The position numbers and the translations under genes are program-made. Below, piece after piece: positions 9,520 through 18,974 of a stretch of DNA of 64,000 bases. The DNA lies in the IMG/VR virus record IMGVR_UViG_3300034105_003151, positions 32,001-96,000 of that record. The stretch is one strand, 5' to 3'. Position 1 is the stretch's first letter. Each line of letters opens with the position of its first letter. The DNA comes from a virus. The notes under the pieces were generated by a model. It saw only the letters and a program-made list of their open reading frames with translations, ran no database searches and was not told where the DNA came from.

Positions 9520-9882
9520 ATGGGAAATCCGTTTATAGACCAAAAAAGATTCATGCAAGCCTGCGATCAAAGCGTATCAATATATGATCCCGCACAATTC
9601 GATCTTTATGTTAATCTTATGAGAGAAGAATGGGACGAATTAAATACGGCTATTGCAGAAGAAGATAAGGTAGAAACATTGGATGCCTTGATTGATTTTA
9701 TAGTTGTTACTGTTGGTGCTATTCATTCTATGGGTGCCAATGCTCAGGGTGCTTGGGATGAAGTAATGCATACTAATTTTGCTAAAGTAGATAATGATAC
9801 TGGTAAGGTAAGAAAAAGAGAAGATGGAAAGGTTTTAAAGCCAGATAATTGGAAAGCTCCAGATCTGAAACCCTTTATATAG
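9520..9882 (+). CDS. MazG-like/PRA-PH-like NTP pyrophosphohydrolase
   Basis: EEWDEL, ETLDALID, EVMHTNFAK, REDGKVLKP. Confidence 0.85.
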   Translation: MGNPFIDQKRFMQACDQSVSIYDPAQFDLYVNLMREEWDELNTAIAEEDKVETLDALIDFIVVTVGAIHSMGANAQGAWDEVMHTNFAKVDNDTGKVRKREDGKVLKPDNWKAPDLKPFI

Positions 9883-9884
9883 TC

Positions 9885-9893
9885 GGTGTATTA
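9885..9893 (+). promoter_or_regulatory. candidate phage promoter motif (GGTGTATTA)
   Basis: lies in the 64-bp gap upstream of phoH; motif recurs in other gaps. Confidence 0.4.
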
Positions 9894-9946
9894 CATACTG
9901 AGTCCTGTACTAATTAACTGCCTTATTTTATAGAAAAGGGTGGGCA

Positions 9947-10684
9947 TTGAAAAAAAACACCAACAGAAAAGCATCTAAGAAAAGAGTTATCGACCTAACT
10001 AATGAAATTAAAGGTAAAGAACTCACAAGGACATTTAGACAGACTTTAAGACCTCGTACTGAAAATCAAAAAGAATACATTAGAAGTATTGTAGAGAATG
10101 ATATAGTTATTTGTCAAGGATTAGCAGGTACGGGTAAAACCCACATAGCTATCGGTTTAGCACTAGAATATCTAATGGCTGATAAGGTTAAAAAGATCAT
10201 CATTACTAGACCGTGTGTAGAATCAGGCGAAAAAATGGGCTATCTACCGGGTTCAGCAGAAGAAAAGCTACATCCTTATCTATTGCCAATTTTAGATGAA
10301 ATTATGCACTTTATTAGTAAAGACCTTTATAATTCATTCAAGTTACATGAGAAGATTGAAATTGTACCACTTGCTCATATGAGAGGTCGTAACTTTCATC
10401 ATTCTTTTATTGTGGCTGACGAGTGTCAAAATGCTAAATACAAACAATTGAAAATGCTCTTGACAAGACTAGGCATGGGCAGTAAAATGATTCTGACAGG
10501 TGATGTTGGACAATCAGACCTAGATTGGAGAGACGCTGGAGGTTTCTCAACTGTGTTAAATGAACTAAGAACAATTGATCGTCTTGATATCGTCCAATTA
10601 CACGCATCAGATATTGTTAGAAATCCTATAATAGCAAGCATACTATCTAGACTAGATACTTATGAACAAACATCGAAAGGTTAA
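9947..10684 (+). CDS. phoH: PhoH-family ATPase
   Basis: GLAGTGKT, RPCVESGEKMGYLPG, MRGRNF, DECQN, TGDVGQSD. Confidence 0.95.
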   Translation: MKKNTNRKASKKRVIDLTNEIKGKELTRTFRQTLRPRTENQKEYIRSIVENDIVICQGLAGTGKTHIAIGLALEYLMADKVKKIIITRPCVESGEKMGYLPGSAEEKLHPYLLPILDEIMHFISKDLYNSFKLHEKIEIVPLAHMRGRNFHHSFIVADECQNAKYKQLKMLLTRLGMGSKMILTGDVGQSDLDWRDAGGFSTVLNELRTIDRLDIVQLHASDIVRNPIIASILSRLDTYEQTSKG

Positions 10685-10695
10685 TTTGATTTAAA

Positions 10696-11256
10696 ATGAA
10701 AATTGGTCACTCAAAGTGTTTGGTTTTAAATTCTGATTATACTCCAATGAGGATTATAGATTGGAAACGGGCACAAAAGTGGTATGCAAAGTATTTTGAA
10801 ACACCACTAGGTATTGAATTTATTGATTTCTATAAAGACGATTTTATCACTCGTTCTGGAAACAGATATGAACCAATACCAGCGATAGCTAAAACATTAT
10901 CTTATTTCGCTATGAAACACGGGGAAGTTAAGTTCTCTAGAAAAAACCTATTCACTAGAGATGATTTTACCTGTCAGTATTGTGGTGCAAAATTTGATGA
11001 TTTTAAGAAACTAACTTATGATCATGTAATTCCTAGATCAAAGTGGGATAAGAATACTTCACCTACAACTTGGACCAATATCGTGACAGCCTGCTATCCA
11101 TGTAATTCTAAGAAAGACAGTATGACACTTAAAGAAGCGGGTATGAAACTAAGAAATCTACCTAAAAAGCCATCGGGCGGTAAGAAGTATCTTGCTATCT
11201 ATGAATTCCTAGACAACATGACTAATATTCCAGAAGAATGGAAGCCATATGTCTGA
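10696..11256 (+). CDS. HNH endonuclease (McrA-like)
   Basis: LVLNSDY, RDDFTCQYCG, DHVIPRS, NIVTACYPCNSKK. Confidence 0.9.
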   Translation: MKIGHSKCLVLNSDYTPMRIIDWKRAQKWYAKYFETPLGIEFIDFYKDDFITRSGNRYEPIPAIAKTLSYFAMKHGEVKFSRKNLFTRDDFTCQYCGAKFDDFKKLTYDHVIPRSKWDKNTSPTTWTNIVTACYPCNSKKDSMTLKEAGMKLRNLPKKPSGGKKYLAIYEFLDNMTNIPEEWKPYV

Positions 11257-11362
11257 TAATGAAAAAAAGAAGATAAGAGAACAGGCGATATTAAGATGGA
11301 AAATAATGGGAGCCGCATCGTCAACAAAATACTGGACCGAAATACATAATAAGAAAGATTAA
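11249..11362 (+). CDS. small hypothetical protein (37 aa, not in ORF track)
   Basis: MSDNEKKKIREQAILRWKIMG...KKD fills the gap between the HNH and FmdB genes. Confidence 0.4.
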   Translation: MSDNEKKKIREQAILRWKIMGAASSTKYWTEIHNKKD

Positions 11363-11363
11363 T

Positions 11364-11756
11364 ATGCCAGAGTACACTTTTGTTTGCGAAAAATGCAACC
11401 ATAAATTCACAGATATCTTATCATTCTCACAATACGATGCCAAGGCATATAAGTGTGAAAAATGTAAAAACAAAAAACTAAACAGATGCTACCAAGATGA
11501 CTGTATTAATATCGCTGGTTCTATAAAAAAGTCTGATAGTGAATTAGGCACTGTTGGAGATTTAGCAGATAGAAATAGAGATAGAATGAGCGAAGACCAT
11601 AAGGAACATCTATTTAGAAAACATAATGAATACAGATTCAATAAACCAGACGATCCGCTACCAACAGGAATGAGTAGGTTAAAAAAGCCCTCAAAAAGAA
11701 AATGGAAATGGACAGAGAATCAGACAACCAGCAAGAAAAGAAAGAAGTTAAGCTAG
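11364..11756 (+). CDS. FmdB-family zinc-ribbon protein
   Basis: MPEYTFVCEKCNHKF...CEKC. Confidence 0.8.
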   Translation: MPEYTFVCEKCNHKFTDILSFSQYDAKAYKCEKCKNKKLNRCYQDDCINIAGSIKKSDSELGTVGDLADRNRDRMSEDHKEHLFRKHNEYRFNKPDDPLPTGMSRLKKPSKRKWKWTENQTTSKKRKKLS

Positions 11757-12094
11757 AAGAATTACATGAGATAATTTCTCCACAAGAAATGGAACAGTTC
11801 TATATCTTACTAGAAAAAATGCAAAAACTATCTAGTGCGGTAGAAAACTCTAACGAATCCTCTTCTGAAAAACCTTCTAGTATCACAATTACTGTTAATG
11901 CTTCATTAATCAAACAGGGTGAATCAGTCACAGTAGCGGACGAATTATTAGAAAAAATTCAAAAACATTATCAGATACCTATCTATGATAATAGTGATGA
12001 GTTTTTAATAAAACTATTTTCATCTATAGAAATTTCTCTGGAAAAGACCTGTTCAGAATACTTTATTAATCAAAAGAAGGGGAACAATGAGTGA
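11702..12094 (+). CDS. hypothetical protein
   Basis: acidic 130-aa ORF in operon. Confidence 0.5.
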   Translation: MEMDRESDNQQEKKEVKLEELHEIISPQEMEQFYILLEKMQKLSSAVENSNESSSEKPSSITITVNASLIKQGESVTVADELLEKIQKHYQIPIYDNSDEFLIKLFSSIEISLEKTCSEYFINQKKGNNE

Positions 12095-12482
12095 ATTTGC
12101 AATTAATCATCAGGAAGAATATCTTAAAGACGTAGAATATTTTACTGTACTTGGTAGTCAGGAATATTTGGATAATGATAAAAATCCACGAATAACAACA
12201 GACAACAACAAAGTACTTGCTAAAAGAATACATTATTACAATAGCGAAAAACAAATAGTTAAATCAAAGACTCGTCACTTGATAAAGGTGGGGGCACATG
12301 GTAGAATATATAATCCTATTGGACTGTATACAGAAGGTAGAGCAAATGTTGTAAATAAAAAAATAGGTAGAGAAGAATTTAGAATGAAAGAAGTAAATGA
12401 AAATACCTTTAATCTTTATTTATCTTTTCTGAGAACAAAAAATCCCGGTCATCTTACTTTAGCAGAAAGAGGAATGCAATGA
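12087..12482 (+). CDS. hypothetical protein
   Basis: GGGGA RBS; overlaps both neighbours. Confidence 0.65.
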   Translation: MSEFAINHQEEYLKDVEYFTVLGSQEYLDNDKNPRITTDNNKVLAKRIHYYNSEKQIVKSKTRHLIKVGAHGRIYNPIGLYTEGRANVVNKKIGREEFRMKEVNENTFNLYLSFLRTKNPGHLTLAERGMQ

Positions 12483-12811
12483 AGAAAATAGAAAAATACG
12501 CCATATTATATTTGGCTCTGTCTGGTAAAGAAGCGGAACAGATATCTAAGGAGCTAAAACTACCCATCAAAGCAGTGCAAAAAATAGTAGAAGAAACACA
12601 AAAGGTTGTGGAAACTGTTGTTGCAGAGAAGGATAATCCTACAAATCTTAATAAACCAGATAAGTTTATGATTAAACAAAGCGTTGCTGGTAAAGATCGT
12701 GGTGTTGCTGTTATGACACAGCAAGCATCTATGTTAGGAGACGCTTTAATGAAGAACATAGATCGTACAAGTAACAGATCTACTGATCATATTTTTAGAC
12801 CGAAGGGTTAA
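12479..12811 (+). CDS. hypothetical protein with possible N-terminal HTH
   Basis: GKEAEQISKELKLPIKAVQKIV is HTH-like. Confidence 0.55.
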   Translation: MKKIEKYAILYLALSGKEAEQISKELKLPIKAVQKIVEETQKVVETVVAEKDNPTNLNKPDKFMIKQSVAGKDRGVAVMTQQASMLGDALMKNIDRTSNRSTDHIFRPKG

Positions 12812-12812
12812 T

Positions 12813-13235
12813 GTGGCTAAAAAATATCCATCGAAATACTCCAATGGCAAAGAAGTGTCCGCTGCTCAATATATTACAGAGGTCATATGTGAGAAAAAAG
12901 CCCAGTATGAACGAAAAGACTTGCATTATCGTTTTTGGGTGAGTAAAGAATGGTCTGCTTATTATCGTAATCAAATAGCATCAGCCCACAAACTATTAAA
13001 ACAGTTTAGTGAAACAGCTATTGTAAAAGCATTATATCACGATAAAGCATCCAGAATTTACTCTTTGCGGGCACCTCACTTGCTTCCTATAATAAAAGAG
13101 GAGCAGGATAGGCTGGATGCAATGCCAGCACCAGTTGTTCCCAAAATAGACAGATTCGCTAATTCTGTTGGAAAAAATAGAACAGTCAAAAAGAACTCAC
13201 TAGATATATTAAGGGACATAGATAATGGGAATTAA
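12813..13235 (+). CDS. hypothetical protein upstream of recA
   Basis: 140-aa ORF, GTG start, overlaps recA. Confidence 0.6.
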   Translation: MAKKYPSKYSNGKEVSAAQYITEVICEKKAQYERKDLHYRFWVSKEWSAYYRNQIASAHKLLKQFSETAIVKALYHDKASRIYSLRAPHLLPIIKEEQDRLDAMPAPVVPKIDRFANSVGKNRTVKKNSLDILRDIDNGN

Positions 13236-14229
13236 AGAGACTATTACAAAGGAATTTGGCGATAATGTAATCATAGGAGGCAACCATCTTGTAGAAAAGA
13301 AATTAACTGTTATTCCTGTTAGTCCCGCAGTAGATATGATTTTGGGTGGAGGTATTCCAGAAGGTAGTTTTGTAACATTTACGGGTCAACCAAAATGCGG
13401 CAAAACATTAACCAGTTTAGATTTTGCATCTAATGCACAGAAAAAAGAATATGGTTCTCGCCCCGTGTACTATCTAAACATTGAGGGTCGTTTAAAACGC
13501 CGCGATCTCTTAGGTATCAAGGGATTAGACCTAGAGAATTTCAATATCATAGAATCTACTCAGGGTAATATCTTAACTGGTGAAAAATATCTAGAAATAG
13601 CCACCCAGATCATCAGCACTGTCCCTAACTGTATAATGATCATAGACTCATACTCTGCTATTTGTACAGAAGCAGAGATGACAAGTGGAATGGATAAAAT
13701 GCAACGAGCCGATGGTGCAAAACTCTTATCAAAGTTCTGTAGAAAAGCGGCCAACATCATTCCAGTCAACAAGAATATTGTCATTGGTATTACTCACTTA
13801 ATGGGTAATCCAACAGGATATGGTGCAGAATTTAAAGAGAAGAGTGGTCAATCTATCGGTTATCAATGCGATGTAAAGCTTCGTGCCAAAACATCTAAGC
13901 CTTGGTTATTAGGTACAGAGAATATTGAAATAGGAAAAGAAGTTGAATGGAAAGCAGAGTGGACAGCCATAGCTCCCCCTGGTGGTATTTGTACAAGTTA
14001 TATCAGATACGGTCAAGGGATTGATAGATATATGGAGATTATTGTATTAGGTTGCGATTTGGGTTTAATTGATAAGGCTGGTGCTTGGTATACACTATCT
14101 TATTTAGGGGATGAAACGAAAGCTAAGTTTCAGGGTACTGAAAAGATAAGAAATTTCTTACTAGAAAACGAAGAAGCTTATAATAAACTATTCAACGAAA
14201 TTCAAAAGATGATGGGGTTTACTAAGTGA
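13225..14229 (+). CDS. recA: RecA/UvsX-like recombinase
   Basis: GGGIPEG, Walker A GQPKCGKT, IIDSYSA, LIDKAGAWY. Confidence 0.9.
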   Translation: MGIKETITKEFGDNVIIGGNHLVEKKLTVIPVSPAVDMILGGGIPEGSFVTFTGQPKCGKTLTSLDFASNAQKKEYGSRPVYYLNIEGRLKRRDLLGIKGLDLENFNIIESTQGNILTGEKYLEIATQIISTVPNCIMIIDSYSAICTEAEMTSGMDKMQRADGAKLLSKFCRKAANIIPVNKNIVIGITHLMGNPTGYGAEFKEKSGQSIGYQCDVKLRAKTSKPWLLGTENIEIGKEVEWKAEWTAIAPPGGICTSYIRYGQGIDRYMEIIVLGCDLGLIDKAGAWYTLSYLGDETKAKFQGTEKIRNFLLENEEAYNKLFNEIQKMMGFTK

Positions 14230-14624
14230 TTAAAGTACGCGATCTAGATAATAATCTTATCAACTGGAATATTAATGGATGCTATCCGGGTAATGCTGCT
14301 AAATCTAGTTATCACTTATCGGCTAGGTCTTTAATCAAAGACTGTTATCCAACTATGCAGATATTAGAAGAGGTTCCTGTTTATCTCAGAAAAAATGAAA
14401 TAGTATACCTTGATTTCTACATACCTTTATTAAAAAAGTGCATAGAAATACACGGTGAACAACATTATAAATACGTTCCTCATTTTCATGGCAATGTCCT
14501 ATCTTTTGCAAAAGCACAGAAAAGAGATAAGGATAAAAAATACTGGTGCGAATTGAATGGAATATCTTTTGTAGAACTAGCTTACGATAAACAAGAAGAA
14601 TGGAAGGAATGCGTAATCAAATGA
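14226..14624 (+). CDS. PD-(D/E)xK endonuclease (Vsr/DUF559-like)
   Basis: LDFYIP...IEIHGEQHY...RDKDKKYWC. Confidence 0.75.
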   Translation: MIKVRDLDNNLINWNINGCYPGNAAKSSYHLSARSLIKDCYPTMQILEEVPVYLRKNEIVYLDFYIPLLKKCIEIHGEQHYKYVPHFHGNVLSFAKAQKRDKDKKYWCELNGISFVELAYDKQEEWKECVIK

Positions 14625-15109
14625 GAACGGCAAAAGAAGATATCGCTTATTGGGATAATATTCTAGATGATTATGAAAAAAGCATAGGACTACCCAAATA
14701 CAATAAATCTGCATTACCAGAAGAAGAACTAGAGTCTTATCTAACAATGGATAGACAAGTATTGGAAAAATTGACAAAAGAGGGTTGTGCGGAGATATGT
14801 TATAGACTGGCTCAGTTTGGTTTTCACATCCAGCGAACAATCAACAGAGAACACGCTAGACATAATTGGGCAGAGAATGAGATTAAGAAAACTATCGCTG
14901 ATGAGATTCAACAACAAAAGGGTTATGGCTATGTTGAAAAATCATTACAAGCCATTAAACACAATGAGCGAGCTTCAGCGTTAGATAGTATTAGAATTTA
15001 TTCTCAACAAAGAATAGATAGATTGTCTTATTTAGCCGGTGGTATTAAAAACCTATCTGATGCCGTTAGAACTATAGAAATGAACAGGGTGAGAAATAAT
15101 GGACATTGA
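14621..15109 (+). CDS. coiled-coil hypothetical protein (possible recombination mediator)
   Basis: all-helical ORF between recA and dnaB; ATGA overlap at 14621. Confidence 0.5.
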   Translation: MRTAKEDIAYWDNILDDYEKSIGLPKYNKSALPEEELESYLTMDRQVLEKLTKEGCAEICYRLAQFGFHIQRTINREHARHNWAENEIKKTIADEIQQQKGYGYVEKSLQAIKHNERASALDSIRIYSQQRIDRLSYLAGGIKNLSDAVRTIEMNRVRNNGH

Positions 15110-15530
15110 AAAATTAATAAAAGAAAATCCAGAACTATTACTAGCTATAGCAAATTTAATAGCCAAAGCTGGCGGGGATGAACAAGCGAATTCTGAACCT
15201 AAGCCTAAAAAAGCAAAACGTTCGCGTTCTAAAAAACCCGCCGTTAGTGTTGTAGAAGAAGATACTAAAATTAGGGTCAAGAGTACTAAATTCAGAAAGT
15301 CTAATAGACCAAATCTATTTGATAGTATGGAGATAAAAAACTCCCATAAGGCCGATGCTAAGACAGATAAAAAACTACTTAAAAATAGACGCCCATCAGA
15401 AAGAAGAGAAGCTCTGGATTTAATTAATGTAGTTTGTAGATGTTGTGGAAAAAAGGAAAAGATTAATCCCGGCATAGTTTACGATGTTGGAAGATATAAG
15501 TGCAATCAATGTTCTACGAGTAGTGGCTGA
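15099..15530 (+). CDS. basic protein with C-terminal zinc ribbon
   Basis: CRCC...CNQC; Lys-rich. Confidence 0.6.
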   Translation: MDIEKLIKENPELLLAIANLIAKAGGDEQANSEPKPKKAKRSRSKKPAVSVVEEDTKIRVKSTKFRKSNRPNLFDSMEIKNSHKADAKTDKKLLKNRRPSERREALDLINVVCRCCGKKEKINPGIVYDVGRYKCNQCSTSSG

Positions 15531-15547
15531 TAACAGAAAGGTTTATT

Positions 15548-17011
15548 GTGAATATTCTAAGCGACCCATCGGCAGAACGAGCAGTATTAGCTATTATTTG
15601 CCGTCATGGTGATATAGCTTATACTGAAGTTGCTGATATTATTTGTGAACAGTCATTTACTATCGATAGTAATCTTATTATATTTAAGTGTATACAGAAA
15701 ATATGTAATAGTAATGAATCAAATCAAATAGACGTTGCCTCCATCTACTCTGCGGCAAAAGAACTTAATCTGGACCATAAGTTAGAAAAGAAAGAAGAAG
15801 TTCAACACCTAAAAGCTATTATCGATTTTCCTGCAAAAATAGAGAATCTGCGTAAGTTTGCCGCTAAAATCAAAAAGCTAGAAATTGCCCGAAAGCTCCA
15901 CGCTAAAGTAGAGCAGATCAAGGATAGGTTATTAGATATCGATGGGTCTGAATCTATTACTGAAATTATGAGTTTGGCAGAGGAGCCAATCCTAAGTTTT
16001 AGTACAACTCTAGATGACTCTGATAATAATCCGGTCCCTATTGCCACAAATCTGACCGAATATCTAAAACAACTTAAAGAAAATCCAACAGACCAAATTG
16101 GTATTTCTACAGGGTTTTCAGCTTATGATTTTGCTATTGGGGGCGGATTAAGAGGTGGTACTATTAATGTTGTGGGTGCCCGTCCTAAAACTGGTAAAAC
16201 AGTATTTGCTGATAATGTTGGTTGTCATATTGCTATTAATCTTAATATTCCTGTACTAAATCTAGATACAGAAATGACAAAAGAAGATCATCTTCATAGA
16301 ATATTAGCGATGTTAACAGAAATAGAAATCAATAAGATCGAAACTGGAAAGTTCGCAGAGTCATCTATTCTAGAGGCTAAGATCAATGATGCTGCTGAAA
16401 AATTAAGTAAAGCACCATTGTATATTAAGAGTATTGCCGGAAAAGCTTTTGATGAACAGCTTAGTCTTATGCGTAGATGGATTATCAAACAGGTGGGATT
16501 AAATAGTGATGGCACAGCTAAACCCTGTGTTATTATTTATGACTATCTGAAGCTTATGGATAGTGCGGGTATCTCCCAGGATATGAAAGAATATCAAATC
16601 CTTGGATTTATGATGACTCATTTACATAACTTCGCCCACAAATATAAAATTCCTATCCTAGCATTTATGCAGCTAAATAGAGATGGTATTACTAAAGAGA
16701 CTACAGACTCTGCCAGTATGTCTGATCGTATTATCTGGCTATGTAGTAATTTCAGTATTTTTAAGCGTAAGAGCGATGAGGAAATAGCTCAGGACGGACC
16801 TACAAATGGTAATAGAAAGCTAATTACCCTAATTGCTAGACATGGTGGAGGTCTTGATGACAACGATTATATTAATTGTCATATGAAGGGTTGGTGTGCG
16901 AAGATTACAGAAGGTAAAACAAAATTGGAACTGCTAGGAAATAATAATGGTGAAGACAATGGATTCAAAATGGACGGAGAACAATCAGGGGACGAAGTTC
17001 CGTTCGATTGA
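15548..17011 (+). CDS. dnaB: DnaB-like replicative helicase
   Basis: SAERAVL N-terminus, GARPKTGKT, LDTEM, IYDYLKLM, QLNR, IARHGG. Confidence 0.95.
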   Translation: MNILSDPSAERAVLAIICRHGDIAYTEVADIICEQSFTIDSNLIIFKCIQKICNSNESNQIDVASIYSAAKELNLDHKLEKKEEVQHLKAIIDFPAKIENLRKFAAKIKKLEIARKLHAKVEQIKDRLLDIDGSESITEIMSLAEEPILSFSTTLDDSDNNPVPIATNLTEYLKQLKENPTDQIGISTGFSAYDFAIGGGLRGGTINVVGARPKTGKTVFADNVGCHIAINLNIPVLNLDTEMTKEDHLHRILAMLTEIEINKIETGKFAESSILEAKINDAAEKLSKAPLYIKSIAGKAFDEQLSLMRRWIIKQVGLNSDGTAKPCVIIYDYLKLMDSAGISQDMKEYQILGFMMTHLHNFAHKYKIPILAFMQLNRDGITKETTDSASMSDRIIWLCSNFSIFKRKSDEEIAQDGPTNGNRKLITLIARHGGGLDDNDYINCHMKGWCAKITEGKTKLELLGNNNGEDNGFKMDGEQSGDEVPFD

Positions 17012-18077
17012 TCAAGATAAGCTAAATGTTGTTTGCGACAGCTTATGCAATAGAATTACCGATCTGTTATCTGTGCTAAATATCGATTCTGATGAATATA
17101 CCGATACTAACGATAGAATTTCTATGTGCTGTCCTATTCATGGTGGAGACAATCCATCTGCCTTGAATTTATATCATACTGGCGATTCTTATAGAGGAAA
17201 TTGGAAGTGTAGAACTCATCAGTGTGAAAAGATATTCTTGCCTTCAATTGTTGGTTTTATTAGGGGCGTTTTATCTAAGCAAAAACTAAACTGGCAAAAA
17301 AGAGGTGATGATACTGTGTCTTTCAAGGACACTATGTTATTCGCCATGAAGTTCTTATCTATTAAGGACATCAATTCTATAAAAGTAGAACATAATCCTA
17401 ATGCTAGTTTTGTTAAGAATACTAATATTCTAAGTACTAAAGCTAAAAAAACTAATCTTGTACCCAGAAGCAAAATAGTATCATCATTACAAATTCCTAG
17501 TAAATACTTTCTTAATAGAGGGTTTTCAAAAGATATTCTGACAAAATATGATGTGGGCGACTGTTTTACTTCTGGAAAAGAAATGGTTGGTAGAGCAGTA
17601 GCTCCGATATATGATATGGACTATAAAGGCATGATAGGGTGTACCGGACGCACGATAAATAATGAATATTCTCCAAAGTGGCGACATAGTAAAGGATTTG
17701 TTGCAGAAGATCACTTGTACAATGTCTGGTTTGCAAAAGAAAGTATTCTGGACACTGGTAATGTTATTTTAGTGGAAAGCCCCGGCAATGTTTGGACTTT
17801 AGAACAGGCTGGTATTCATAATAGTTTAGCTACATTTGGTAGTCATCTTACAGATCGTCAAAAGATGATGTTAGATATGACAGGGGCTATGAAGATAATT
17901 ACGATAATGGATGGTGATGAAGCGGGCGAACTTGGCAGAAAGCAGATTGACGAAAAATGCTCTAAAACCTATAATATTGAACATATCATAATGCCCGCCA
18001 AAATGGACGTTGCTGAACTTTACAAGACTGACAAAGACTTATTCAAATCTCTAATTCTAGACAGGATCAAAAAATGA
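16947..18077 (+). CDS. dnaG: DNA primase (zinc-binding domain + Toprim)
   Basis: CPIHGGDN...WKCRTHQC, GCTGR, LVESPGN, DGDEAG. Confidence 0.85.
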   Translation: MVKTMDSKWTENNQGTKFRSIDQDKLNVVCDSLCNRITDLLSVLNIDSDEYTDTNDRISMCCPIHGGDNPSALNLYHTGDSYRGNWKCRTHQCEKIFLPSIVGFIRGVLSKQKLNWQKRGDDTVSFKDTMLFAMKFLSIKDINSIKVEHNPNASFVKNTNILSTKAKKTNLVPRSKIVSSLQIPSKYFLNRGFSKDILTKYDVGDCFTSGKEMVGRAVAPIYDMDYKGMIGCTGRTINNEYSPKWRHSKGFVAEDHLYNVWFAKESILDTGNVILVESPGNVWTLEQAGIHNSLATFGSHLTDRQKMMLDMTGAMKIITIMDGDEAGELGRKQIDEKCSKTYNIEHIIMPAKMDVAELYKTDKDLFKSLILDRIKK

Positions 18078-18850
18078 CAAAAATCATAGCATTCTCAGGT
18101 AAGAAAACAAGTGGTAAAAACACCAGTGCCAACTTCATGTACTCACTATTTCTGCTTCACTCTGGACTCTTTAAAGAAGTAGATATTGCAGATAATGGAT
18201 TTATTAGAGTTTTGAAGCAAAATGATCAGGAGGTTATTTTTGATCCACAACAGTATTATCTGGGTATTGGTGAAATTGATCTTGAAATAGCAGAAACAAT
18301 ATTCAAATTAACTCCAACTTTAACTATTTATAGTCTAGCAGACGCTTTGAAAAATGATGTCTGTATGAATATCTTGGGATTAACATATGAACAATGTTAT
18401 GATGAACAAGGTAAGAACCAAGAAACACATCTTAAATGGTCAGATATGCCGGGGATTGTAAAGTCTAAAAGAGGGCATATGACCGGCAGAGAGGTTATGG
18501 AGTATATAGGCACAGATGTATTTCGTGGTATAAGGAACAATGTTTGGAGTGACTGTACTATTAGAAGAATCGAAAGAGAATCTCCACAATTTGCTATTAT
18601 AACAGATGTGAGATTTCCAGACGAAGTAGATTCAATTTTTAAACATAATGAAGCTAATGAGGTGATTCGTCTAACTAGAAATCCAGTAGATTCAAAGTCA
18701 AAACCAGAGTGTGCATTAGATAAAGATAATTTTGACTGGAGTAATTTTAGTCACGTTATCGATAATGAAAACATGACAATTCAGGAACAAACAGACGCAT
18801 TACATCCTATTATTATGAATTTTATAGGTGCAACTAATGAACCCTCTTGA
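18074..18850 (+). CDS. deoxynucleoside monophosphate kinase
   Basis: IAFSGKKTSGKNT, LADALK, REVMEYIGTD, ITDVRFPDE. Confidence 0.88.
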   Translation: MTKIIAFSGKKTSGKNTSANFMYSLFLLHSGLFKEVDIADNGFIRVLKQNDQEVIFDPQQYYLGIGEIDLEIAETIFKLTPTLTIYSLADALKNDVCMNILGLTYEQCYDEQGKNQETHLKWSDMPGIVKSKRGHMTGREVMEYIGTDVFRGIRNNVWSDCTIRRIERESPQFAIITDVRFPDEVDSIFKHNEANEVIRLTRNPVDSKSKPECALDKDNFDWSNFSHVIDNENMTIQEQTDALHPIIMNFIGATNEPS

Positions 18851-18974
18851 GAATTTTATTGCCATATCACTCTACTTATGGGTTATGTTTCCGGTAGTAG
18901 GCTGGTCAATATTTTTATCTGTAATAGTTGCTATTTGTTATTTTTTCTACTACTTAGGTAAACATCATAAATGA
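18837..18974 (+). CDS. small membrane protein (45 aa, not in ORF track)
   Basis: MNPLENFIAISLYLWVMFPVVGWSIFLSVIVAICYFFYYLGKHHK; overlaps both neighbours. Confidence 0.5.
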   Translation: MNPLENFIAISLYLWVMFPVVGWSIFLSVIVAICYFFYYLGKHHK

